DNA from: a bacterium
Lineage (GTDB): Bacteria; Zhuqueibacterota; Zhuqueibacteria; Oceanimicrobiales; Oceanimicrobiaceae
Assembly: GCA_046757025.1 (NCBI GenBank)
Contig: JBHHXN010000120.1
Span: forward strand, 1-15,970
Reading direction: 5' to 3'
Length of the DNA stretch: 15,970 nt
A program made the position numbers and the translations under genes. The notes under the pieces were generated by a model, which was given only the letters and a program-made list of their open reading frames with translations, was not told the DNA's origin and did not search any database. Shown here piece after piece: positions 1 to 8,030 of the stretch (positions are counted from its first letter, which is position 1; each line of letters begins with the position of its first letter).

Positions 1-467
1 TACAGTTTATGGAAATACGACCAGACCAGCGCCAGACTCAACACTTTTGTTTTGCCTGAACCTGTTGCCATTTTTACCACATAGCGGGGCCAGGTTTCAG
101 GAAAGTGCCCTGTGCTGATTCTGCCCGAAGAATCAAAGCGCATGAGTTCATATTTATCTTTGGCTTTGGCAATTTCATACAGATAAATAATCGATTCGAT
201 GGCTTCCCTTTGGGCAAAATAGTATTGGAAAACATGGTCATTTTTTTTGTGGCTGTCGGGTTTGAACCAGAATTGCAGCAGCGCTTTTGTCGTATCCGAT
301 GCGCCTGAATAATCGCTGTCCCGCCACGCTTTTAAAGCCTGCCGAATTTTATAAACCAGCGGCGGGATGAGTTGTTCGTAGGCTTTCTCCTGTAAATCTT
401 CCTGCGACGGCGCCCAGCGGATATTCGGGTTAAGTATTTGAAAAGGATTTTGTGGGAAAGCACTCAT
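1..467 (-). CDS. Type III restriction enzyme Res subunit / DEAD-box-like helicase, N-terminal part (runs off the left edge)
   Basis: Manual minus-strand translation from ATG at 467 is open to the edge: MSAFPQNPFQILNPNIRWAPSQEDLQEKAYEQLIPPLVYKIRQALKAWRDSDYSGASDTTKALLQFWF...FQYYFAQREAIESIIYLYE...RYVVKMATGSGKTKVLSLALVWSYFHKL. It has the Q-motif-like YFAQREAIE and Walker A MATGSGKT typical of ResIII proteins. Absent from the ORF track because it has no stop in the window. Confidence 0.88.
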   Translation of the reverse strand, partial: MSAFPQNPFQILNPNIRWAPSQEDLQEKAYEQLIPPLVYKIRQALKAWRDSDYSGASDTTKALLQFWFKPDSHKKNDHVFQYYFAQREAIESIIYLYEIAKAKDKYELMRFDSSGRISTGHFPETWPRYVVKMATGSGKTKVLSLALVWSYFHKL

Positions 468-533
468 TGGATATTTAACCTTTTGTAATTTGCTGATTTT
501 ACAGCCCGACGACCTCCTGGAATTGGCACCATT

Positions 534-2084
534 TCACAACGGAATATTGCCGTGCTTTTTGCGCGGATTGGAATCCACTTTGTTTTCCAGCAACTCCAGC
601 GAGCGGATGAGTTTGGGTCGGGTTTCCTGGGGCTCGATGATTTCATCGACGTAACCGCGCTCGGCCGCAATGTAGGGATTGGCAAACTTTTCCCGATATT
701 CGTTGACCTTATGCTCGGTGACCTTTCCCCTGTCTCCGGCATTTTCAATTTCTTTTTTGAAGATAATCTCCACCGCGCCTTTGGGTCCCATGACCGCGAT
801 TTCAGCGGAAGGCCAGGCGTAGTTGACGTCGCCGCGGATGTGTTTGGAGCTCATGACGTCGTAGGCGCCGCCGTAGGCTTTGCGGGTGATCACCGTGATC
901 TTGGGCACCGTGGCTTCACAAAAAGCGTACAGCAATTTCGCTCCGTGCTTGATGATGCCGCGCCACTCCTGCTCCGTACCCGGCAGAAAGCCCGGCACAT
1001 CCACAAACGTGATGATGGGAATGTTAAAGGCATCACAGAACCGCACAAATCGCGCGCCTTTTAAAGAAGAATCGATATCGAGCACGCCGGCAAGCGCTCC
1101 CGGCTGGTTCGCCACGATGCCCACGGATTTGCCGTTCAAACGGCCGAATCCCACCACCAGATTCTGAGCGTAATTCGCATGCACTTCTAAAAAATCTTTA
1201 TCATCGAGTACGCACTGGAGGATTTGCTTCATTTCGTATGGTTTGTTGGGATTGTCCGGCACGAAATCCAGCAGCGCCTTGTCCATACGGTTGGGGTCGT
1301 CCGTACACTCAACGCGCGGTGGATCTTCCATATTGTTTTGAGGAACATAGCTCAGGATTTTGCGAATAGTCTGCAGACATTCCACTTCATTTTCCGAAAT
1401 GAAATGCGCCACCCCGCTTTTGGTGGCGTGGGTTTCGGCGCCGCCCAGCTCATCGAATGTCACTTCTTCATGGGTGACCGTTTTCACCACTTCCGGACCG
1501 GTCACGAACATAAAGCTGGTATTTTTCACCATCAAAATAAAATCGGTGATGGCCGGTGAATAGACCGCGCCGCCGGCGCACGGGCCCAAGATGGCGGAAA
1601 TCTGCGGCACCACGCCCGATGCCAGGGTGTTGCGCAGAAAAATATCCGCGTACGCTCCCAGGCTCACCACCCCTTCCTGAATGCGGGCGCCGCCGGAATC
1701 GTTCAAGCCGATCACGGGCGCGCCGACTTTCATGGCCATGTCCATGATCTTGCAGATTTTCTGGCCGTAAGCTTCGGAAAGGGAACCGCCCAGCACCGTA
1801 AAATCCTGAGAAAAGACGAAGACCAGACGCCCGTTGATCAGGCCGTGGCCGGTGACCACACCGTCACCGTAGTACCGTTGTTTATCCAGGCCAAAATCGC
1901 GAAAGCGATGCTGCACCAGCATGTCCACTTCCTGAAAGCTGTTTTCATCCAACAGCAGCTCGATGCGTTCGCGGGCGGTTAGCTTGCCCTTTTTGTGCTG
2001 AGCGTCGATGCGCTTCTGCCCGCCGCCTAAAAGGGCTTTGGCTTTTTGTTGTCGCAGATGTTCGATTTTTTTGGATCCTGCCAT
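534..2084 (-). CDS. pccB: Acyl-CoA carboxylase carboxyltransferase subunit (propionyl-CoA carboxylase beta / methylmalonyl-CoA decarboxylase alpha family)
   Basis: 516 aa with family motifs [60 protein letters not shown] and the C-terminal KKHGNIPL. Confidence 0.95.
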   Translation of the reverse strand: MAGSKKIEHLRQQKAKALLGGGQKRIDAQHKKGKLTARERIELLLDENSFQEVDMLVQHRFRDFGLDKQRYYGDGVVTGHGLINGRLVFVFSQDFTVLGGSLSEAYGQKICKIMDMAMKVGAPVIGLNDSGGARIQEGVVSLGAYADIFLRNTLASGVVPQISAILGPCAGGAVYSPAITDFILMVKNTSFMFVTGPEVVKTVTHEEVTFDELGGAETHATKSGVAHFISENEVECLQTIRKILSYVPQNNMEDPPRVECTDDPNRMDKALLDFVPDNPNKPYEMKQILQCVLDDKDFLEVHANYAQNLVVGFGRLNGKSVGIVANQPGALAGVLDIDSSLKGARFVRFCDAFNIPIITFVDVPGFLPGTEQEWRGIIKHGAKLLYAFCEATVPKITVITRKAYGGAYDVMSSKHIRGDVNYAWPSAEIAVMGPKGAVEIIFKKEIENAGDRGKVTEHKVNEYREKFANPYIAAERGYVDEIIEPQETRPKLIRSLELLENKVDSNPRKKHGNIPL

Positions 2085-2128
2085 GATTCCTCTGATGGTT
2101 ATTCTAAGAAGCGATTTAAAAGTGAAAA

Positions 2129-2157
2129 ATAATAATCAATCTGTAATCAAAAATCAA
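2129..2157 (-). promoter_or_regulatory. Candidate sigma70 promoter for pccB
   Basis: Minus strand TTGATT-N17-TATTAT, about 45 nt upstream of the pccB ATG. The region is AT-rich, so a chance match is possible. Confidence 0.45.
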
Positions 2158-2716
2158 CAATTTTTCAAGTATCGCGAACGCAGCAGGAACCACGACCTAA
2201 TGTCCATACTCGATACTACAGCAGTAAGGCCGCCTGCTAAAAACTATCTTTAGCCTAAGATATCTTGTCACTTCAATCTCTGCAGCAATTTATCTTATTG
2301 CGCCAATGGGGGCAAGATCTGACGGCGGCAAGAAGAGGATCGTCTTCCCATCCAATATCGAGCAAGTTTGGCCCGCTGGTTCTGATCGTAGTAAGTTCTA
2401 ACGTCTATAGCTCTTTTCCCCCGTTTAAATAATGCACTTAACTGTTTAAATTCGACGATAATTTGGTTTCAGTCACCATTTTAGCATGCTAATCAGTGTG
2501 GTTATGATGGAATAATTCTGAGAGAAAAGGATCATTTACTTTGTCTTTTAAACTAGTAGGTACAAATAGATTTTTGCTAATTTTAAATAAATGCGGACGA
2601 TTTTGTAGGCTTTGCCCATTTTAGAAGTAAGTAAATTATTTTTTTAGGCTAAGCGTGTCCTTATCTGAGTTTTTATTAGCAGAAGAATTAATCATTCAAT
2701 TAATGGAGTAAGGCCC

Positions 2717-4084
2717 ATGAAATATTCAGGTAATCACTTCTTGGGTTGGGCTATTTCGCAAGGATTACGAGTAAGTTTATTGCTTATCTTTCTTTTGATT
2801 GGTCCAAACACGGTTTTGTCTAACACAAATGATTTATTTGACAAAACCATCCACGAAAATCAAAGCTACGCTTTTGAATTTCTCACTTTTAAAACGGATG
2901 AAAATCAACAAACCTTTCTGGAAATCTTTTGCCAGATTCCTCTGCAAAATCTGCAACACTTTAAGTCTTTAAACGAGTATCTGGTCAGCTATCATCTTGA
3001 CATTACTCTATTTGATGAAAATCAAATAAAAACGGATGGTTTGAATTTAATAGATTCAGTGAAAGTCGAGCCGTTTAATTCCAGTTATTTGAACTCAATT
3101 CCCCATTTGGTCCGATTTACATTTCTGGTCAATCCTGGTGAATACACAGCCCGAGTTAAACTGATCGATAGAGAAACCATGTCCTTTTTTAGCTTGGACA
3201 AGGATATCACCATTCCCAACTACAGTGTAAAACGGTTGATAATCAGCGATATCCAAATGGCAACTTCGATTGCGCCATCTCAACAGGAATCGATTTTGGT
3301 CAAAAACGAAATGAAAATTATTCCAAATGTTTCACACGTATTTGGAATTAGTTACAAGACCTTGTTTCTATATTCTGAGATTTACCATCTTAAATACCAG
3401 CCGGAAGCCTCAAACAACATGTTCACGGCTACCTACACTATTTTCAATCAAGAAGGGCAGGTAGTCAAATCCCTGGCAAGAAAATATAAAAAACCGGGCC
3501 CGTCCTCAGCATTGAGCATTGGTATTCCAATTTCAGAGCTGGCCTCTGGTCAATACACCGTGACCCTCACAATCCAGGACCCCGAAAATGGTCAATCGGC
3601 ATTAAACGAAGCAAAATTTACCATTGTCAAGCCCCTCTCTGAAATATCCGACGAAGAGTATGCGACCTTAATGCGGCAATTGCAATACATCGCCACGGAG
3701 GATGAAATCGAATATCTGAAATCGCTGCCTGCAGACGCGCGCCTATCTGGATTAAATCAATTCTGGACGAAACTCGATCCGACCCAGGACACGGACAGAA
3801 ACGAATTGATGGTGGAATACTTTCAGAGAATTTATTATGCTAACCAACATTTTCAGTGTGTCAATGGCAGCGGCTGGGAAACGGATCAGGGTCAAATTTA
3901 TCTAAAAAATGGTCCGCCGGATTTCATCAAAAGTGCGTCTTCGCCAGACAAAAACAAGTCCTTTGAAGTGTGGGAATATTTTAAATTGAACTCCAAATAT
4001 GTCTTTGTGGATGAATGGGGTTTAGGTCAATTCAGACTACTAAGAACATCCAGTAAGCCTCAACAGGGCATCACACTTTTTTGA
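2717..4084 (+). CDS. GWxTD domain-containing exported protein
   Basis: Hydrophobic N-terminal signal and a beta-rich middle. The C-terminus FWTKLDPTQDTDRNELMVEYFQRIYYANQHF...GWETDQGQIYLKNGPPD...EVWEY...YVFVD matches the GWxTD domain. GGAG precedes the ATG. Confidence 0.9.
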   Translation: MKYSGNHFLGWAISQGLRVSLLLIFLLIGPNTVLSNTNDLFDKTIHENQSYAFEFLTFKTDENQQTFLEIFCQIPLQNLQHFKSLNEYLVSYHLDITLFDENQIKTDGLNLIDSVKVEPFNSSYLNSIPHLVRFTFLVNPGEYTARVKLIDRETMSFFSLDKDITIPNYSVKRLIISDIQMATSIAPSQQESILVKNEMKIIPNVSHVFGISYKTLFLYSEIYHLKYQPEASNNMFTATYTIFNQEGQVVKSLARKYKKPGPSSALSIGIPISELASGQYTVTLTIQDPENGQSALNEAKFTIVKPLSEISDEEYATLMRQLQYIATEDEIEYLKSLPADARLSGLNQFWTKLDPTQDTDRNELMVEYFQRIYYANQHFQCVNGSGWETDQGQIYLKNGPPDFIKSASSPDKNKSFEVWEYFKLNSKYVFVDEWGLGQFRLLRTSSKPQQGITLF

Positions 4085-4360
4085 GTGAATTTAGCTTAGA
4101 CCGGTATTGAGCGATTGAAACTTGAAATCCTCACAAACGGGCTGGGGGGTTTTAAAGATTGGGGATGCACGCCTTTTACCACGGCGCATGAATTGCTCTG
4201 TTTGGGTTCGGAACTGATTCAATTTTAACTTAATTTATCGAACTTATCATAGAATTATATTTTTTTTTAAGGGCGCAATTGCCTGGGCGATAAGCACGCA
4301 ATTGATTGTTCATTCATAGTTAATCAAGTTAGAAAAATGCAAGCAACAAGGAGGTTTGAC

Positions 4361-5815
4361 ATGAAAAACCAAAGTGAAAACAATTGGCGTCATAAATGGT
4401 TTCAGGGGCGAGGCTTACTGCCTGGACTGATACTATTTCTTTTTCTTGCAGTGTTCATTGCCGTTTACGCCAACTATTCCTGGGATGAAATCAAACCTCC
4501 AGAAACCGAGCTACCCGGCATGGGTAGTTGGCCGCAATTTCACGGAGATGGTGCAAATCACGGTGTATACCTCGCATCGAGCACATTTGCTCATAAACCG
4601 AAATGGTCGGTTGACGTAGGTCATGTCATTCATTCATCCCCGGTGGTAAGTGGCGACCATACCGTTTATATTGGCAACCTTGAGGGAGAGCTCATTGCGA
4701 TACATCGACTCGGTTTAGTAAAATGGCGATTGAACCTGGGCGAACCAATTACATCCTCGCCCGCGGTTTCGTCCACAGGAGTGGTATATGTCGTCACAAC
4801 ACATGCAATTGATGAAGAGGAGGATAAATATATCAGCACTTTACATACCGTTACACCTGCCGGCGTCCTGGTTCGCTCTATTACTCTCCCGGATACATGG
4901 ACTACCGCTTCGCCTAAAATCTGGCGTTCAGAAGATAATGAGTATATTTTTCTCTCCGCACTGTGGAGCTCTTTGTTAGTCTATGACCAGGCAGGCAATC
5001 TCGTAAAACATGCGCAATTTAGTGGTTGCCCTATCCATGGAGGCAGTCCTATATGGGATTGGCTCGGAGATCTTTTTGATGTGTTGAAGGAGGCATTTGA
5101 TGAATGGCCGGAATTTGAATTTGATACTGAGTGGACAGCCCCGACGTTATATGAACAATTCGGTTGGTTATATCCTACAGTTACTGTCATCGATGCGCCG
5201 GTTTTTTTCGAACATCCTATTGTGATTTTCGCGGACAATGCTTGTTTCATCAAGGCCTATAGCTGGGAGCCGCCGAAATTGACTTTTTTATGGTCAAAGC
5301 AGCACGAGATGGGTTTATTGTCATCCCCGGCAAGACTGAGAGGCACGAAAACCGTGGTCTTCGGGACTAAGGGTGGGGATGTTGTTGCATACGACATTCT
5401 GACCGGCGATAAATTATGGAAAACCGGCGTCGATGGCGGCGCGGTCATGGGCACACCGGCTTCTCGGGGTATAGGTTTACCAATCTATGTGGTCAGCTAC
5501 GACGGAACCCTAACCAGCCTCCGGCCATCTGATGGCTCTGAAATTAAAAAAATCGCGATTGAGGGAACAACGATTTCTTCACCCGCTGCTTCGAGCGACC
5601 TTGTTTATGTCCACACCAGCAAGGGGTTGGTTAGCCTTAGTTTCAACTTTGAGAGTTGGGCTGCGACTACTTCTGCTAAGGGCGGTGGCCTGGCTTCCCC
5701 GGCAATTGGCCCGGATGGAACGGTGTATGTCGTGGTAAATTCCGCCGACACGGGCATTTTGCGGGCCTACGGAGGCAATCCAATATTTGAACTATCGGGT
5801 GCGATTACAAAATAA
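4361..5815 (+). CDS. PQQ-like (BamB-type) beta-propeller repeat protein, exported or membrane-anchored
   Basis: Hydrophobic N-terminal segment, WPQFHGDGANHG, repeated SSPAV/SSPVV...VYVG-type blades and W-docking motifs (KWSVDVG, KWRLNLG, TGDKLWK). Start moved from 4337 to ATG 4361 because AGGAGG lies at 4349-4354. Confidence 0.85.
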   Translation: MKNQSENNWRHKWFQGRGLLPGLILFLFLAVFIAVYANYSWDEIKPPETELPGMGSWPQFHGDGANHGVYLASSTFAHKPKWSVDVGHVIHSSPVVSGDHTVYIGNLEGELIAIHRLGLVKWRLNLGEPITSSPAVSSTGVVYVVTTHAIDEEEDKYISTLHTVTPAGVLVRSITLPDTWTTASPKIWRSEDNEYIFLSALWSSLLVYDQAGNLVKHAQFSGCPIHGGSPIWDWLGDLFDVLKEAFDEWPEFEFDTEWTAPTLYEQFGWLYPTVTVIDAPVFFEHPIVIFADNACFIKAYSWEPPKLTFLWSKQHEMGLLSSPARLRGTKTVVFGTKGGDVVAYDILTGDKLWKTGVDGGAVMGTPASRGIGLPIYVVSYDGTLTSLRPSDGSEIKKIAIEGTTISSPAASSDLVYVHTSKGLVSLSFNFESWAATTSAKGGGLASPAIGPDGTVYVVVNSADTGILRAYGGNPIFELSGAITK

Positions 5816-5837
5816 AGAATACCTGCGTAAAAATTTT

Positions 5838-5897
5838 GCCTAACATGACAAATGCAGCCGACCCCCGTTCGTCAGCGGCTGATATGTATCGTTATAG
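5838..5897 (+). mobile_element. Integron attC recombination site (60 bp, solitary)
   Basis: R'' GCCTAAC (5838-5844), L'' AATGCAGC, CG-A-C, short terminal loop, G-CG, L' GCTGATA, 6-bp spacer, R' GTTATAG (5891-5897). L'' carries one extra base relative to L', and the unpaired A of CCGAC/GCGG gives the second extrahelical base. It lies 22 bp after a stop codon. Confidence 0.82.
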
Positions 5898-6406
5898 CTT
5901 CTCGCGACGCTTCCTGCTTTTGTTAAATTGAGTGACTGTTATGCGATGTACGCCAAGAATCTTTCTGATTTCACTGACAGAAACTTTTTTTCGACCCTAC
6001 CAAAATCCAAGAGTCTCAAAGGTTATACAACAGCTATCATTCTGATCTGTTGCCTCGAAGATTCGTCTTGTGGCGGACTGCAGCGGTACCGTCCGCGAAT
6101 TGCTGTCGTATATTGACAGTGACGATTACACAATCGGGTAAATGCCTGAAACTTCAAAAAAGGATTGCCGTAACTCTATTCACTGCTAGCCAAAATAGAT
6201 CCATTATTAAGAGAATTCGCTTGCTTTTTTTAAGCCGATGGTTTATTTTGTTTCACAAAATCGCCCTTCCTGCGTTCCATCACCATGGCTCTTTTGTTTA
6301 CAAAAGGATTAATTTTTAATCCTGCTTTCAGGAGATTTTTGGTGCAAGCAAAATAAATATACACGCCTATTAACCATCTTAAATCAATCAAAATAATGGA
6401 GGACTT

Positions 6407-7771
6407 ATGCAAATCAAAACTGTCTTAAGGATGATGAGTGTTTTGCTGTTGATTTTGTCGTTATCATGCGCTCAGCAGCCGAGCAAGTTCAGCGTGCCGG
6501 TGGAATATCACAAACTGGATAACGGTCTGAAAGTGATTTTGTCGCCGGATAAAACCGCACCCACCGTCGTTGTGGCCGTGTACTACAACATCGGCTTTCG
6601 CATCGAGCCAAAAGACCGCACCGGCTTTGCGCACCTGTTCGAGCACATGATGTTCCAGGGTTCGAAGAATCTGGGCAAAATGGAATTCATCCAACTGGTG
6701 GAAAAAAACGGCGGTGTGCTGAACGGCTCCACCCGCTTTGATTTCACCAACTACTTTGAGATTTTACCCGCTCACAAACTGGAAACCGCGCTCTGGGCCG
6801 AAGCCGACCGCATGCGCGGTCTGGCCATCACCCAGGACAACCTCACCAACCAGCAGGGCGTGGTGAAAAACGAAGTCAAAGTCAACGTGTTAAACCGTCC
6901 GTACGGCGGGTTCCCCTGGCTTGACATGCCCCAGTACGCCAACGAAAACTGGTTCAACGCGCACAATTTTTACGGCGATCTCAAAGATCTGGATGCGGCA
7001 AATCTGGAAGACGTGCAAAACTTTTTCGACACCTACTACGCCCCCAACAACGCGGCGTTGGCTGTAGTAGGAGATTTTGAGCCGGCTGAAGCGTTGGCTA
7101 TGATCAAAAAATATTTTGGCGATATCCCTGCGGCGGAACTGCCAGAAAAACCAGACATCTCAGAGCCGCGACAGGAAAAGGAAAAGCGTTTTAACAAAGA
7201 AGACCAATTAGCCAACCGACCGGCGCTGGCGTTCGCCTATCATGTACCGGAACGCAACACGCCGGAATATTACGCCATGGGCCTGCTCGACCAGATTCTG
7301 CTTCAGGGTGAAGACAGCATGCTGCATCAGTCGCTGGTGAAAAAACACGGCATGACCGGCGACGTCAACGGCGGCATCAACTTGTTGGGAAACATGTTCA
7401 ATTACAACGGCCCCATGCTGTGGATGGTTTCGTTGTTCCATGATTCCAACATCTCGCCGGATTCCATATTAAGCGCGGTCGATGAAGTCATCGAAGAAGT
7501 ACGCACCACGAAAGTGGATCAGGAAACCTTAGACCGCGCTTTGGTGAAAATGCGTTCCAGCCTGTACGACAATTTAGGCGGCTTCTTTGGATTTGGCCGC
7601 GCCGACCTGCTGGCAAGCTTCGCCTTATTCGATGACGATCCGGCCCGCATCAACACGCTGGAAGACCATTTGCAAGCGGTGACGCCGGAGCTTATTTTAA
7701 CCACCGCTCAGGAATATCTGCGCCCCACCAATCGCACTATCCTGACTTTGGAACCGAAAGCGGGAACTTGA
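6407..7771 (+). CDS. M16 family zinc metallopeptidase, catalytic subunit; probable lipoprotein
   Basis: Inverted zinc motif GFAHLFEHMMFQGS (HxxEH), NGSTRFDFTNY, distal Glu in VVKNEV, and YYAPNNA. Lipobox-like SLSC and GGAGG RBS. Confidence 0.95.
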   Translation: MQIKTVLRMMSVLLLILSLSCAQQPSKFSVPVEYHKLDNGLKVILSPDKTAPTVVVAVYYNIGFRIEPKDRTGFAHLFEHMMFQGSKNLGKMEFIQLVEKNGGVLNGSTRFDFTNYFEILPAHKLETALWAEADRMRGLAITQDNLTNQQGVVKNEVKVNVLNRPYGGFPWLDMPQYANENWFNAHNFYGDLKDLDAANLEDVQNFFDTYYAPNNAALAVVGDFEPAEALAMIKKYFGDIPAAELPEKPDISEPRQEKEKRFNKEDQLANRPALAFAYHVPERNTPEYYAMGLLDQILLQGEDSMLHQSLVKKHGMTGDVNGGINLLGNMFNYNGPMLWMVSLFHDSNISPDSILSAVDEVIEEVRTTKVDQETLDRALVKMRSSLYDNLGGFFGFGRADLLASFALFDDDPARINTLEDHLQAVTPELILTTAQEYLRPTNRTILTLEPKAGT

Positions 7772-7840
7772 TTGAGTCAAAGAAATCGACAGTACTTAAC
7801 TTTGCTAAATTTAAAAGTTCAATTAAGTTGGTAATGATAT

Positions 7841-8001
7841 TAGACTTCTGTAAAATAAAGAAAATGTTGTCATTGCGAGGAATCCCGCCAAAAGCGGGAT
7901 GACGAAGCAATCCCCTGATTTTCTGCAACTCAGGAGATTGCTTCCTCCCGCACAAAACGCGGGATTCGCAATGACGCTCAATTGTATTTTACATAAGTCT
8001 A
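7841..8001. mobile_element. MITE-like element, 161 bp, with 17-bp terminal inverted repeats and a 9-bp target-site duplication
   Basis: Left TIR TAGACTTCTGTAAAATA (7841-7857) matches the right TIR reverse complement TAGACTTATGTAAAATA (7985-8001) at 16/17. Flanking direct repeats TAATGATAT (7832-7840) and TGATGATAT (8002-8010) match at 8/9. Confidence 0.8.
7869..7975. repeat. REP/RPE-like palindromic element of the GTCATTGCGA...TCGCAATGAC type
   Basis: Outer stem GTCATTGCGA/TCGCAATGAC with three internal hairpins: ATCCCGC/GCGGGAT (7882-7900), GAAGCAATC-C-CCTGA/TCAGG-A-GATTGCTTC (7904-7944), TCCCGC/GCGGGA (7946-7964). Confidence 0.85.
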
Positions 8002-8030
8002 TGATGATATACTTAAGGAGGAAAACCAAA

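Noticed and set aside
552..1747. Plus-strand ORFs antisense to pccB, and similar shadow ORFs over the M16 and TBDR genes
   Set aside because: They overlap well-supported genes, lack recognisable motifs and are expected from GC-rich codon bias.
2008..2253. 81-aa ORF here, and the short ORFs at 6050-6319, 6230-6412 and 11865-12125
   Set aside because: No convincing RBS or motif; they overlap gene ends, promoter sequence or a terminator.
2396..2430. Possible second attC starting TTCTAAC after a short open frame
   Set aside because: No complementary L boxes and no properly placed R' site.
4085..4200. CRISPR array
   Set aside because: Only one repeat-like 37-mer, no second copy at spacer distance and no cas genes in the window.
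4361..5815. Calling the propeller bamB or a PQQ dehydrogenase
   Set aside because: No lipobox, no adjacent-cysteine PQQ dehydrogenase motif and no bam gene context.
7899..8030. 44-aa N-terminal extension of the second M16 ORF
   Set aside because: It is read-through of the MITE/REP sequence; the strong RBS and signal peptide place the start at 8031.
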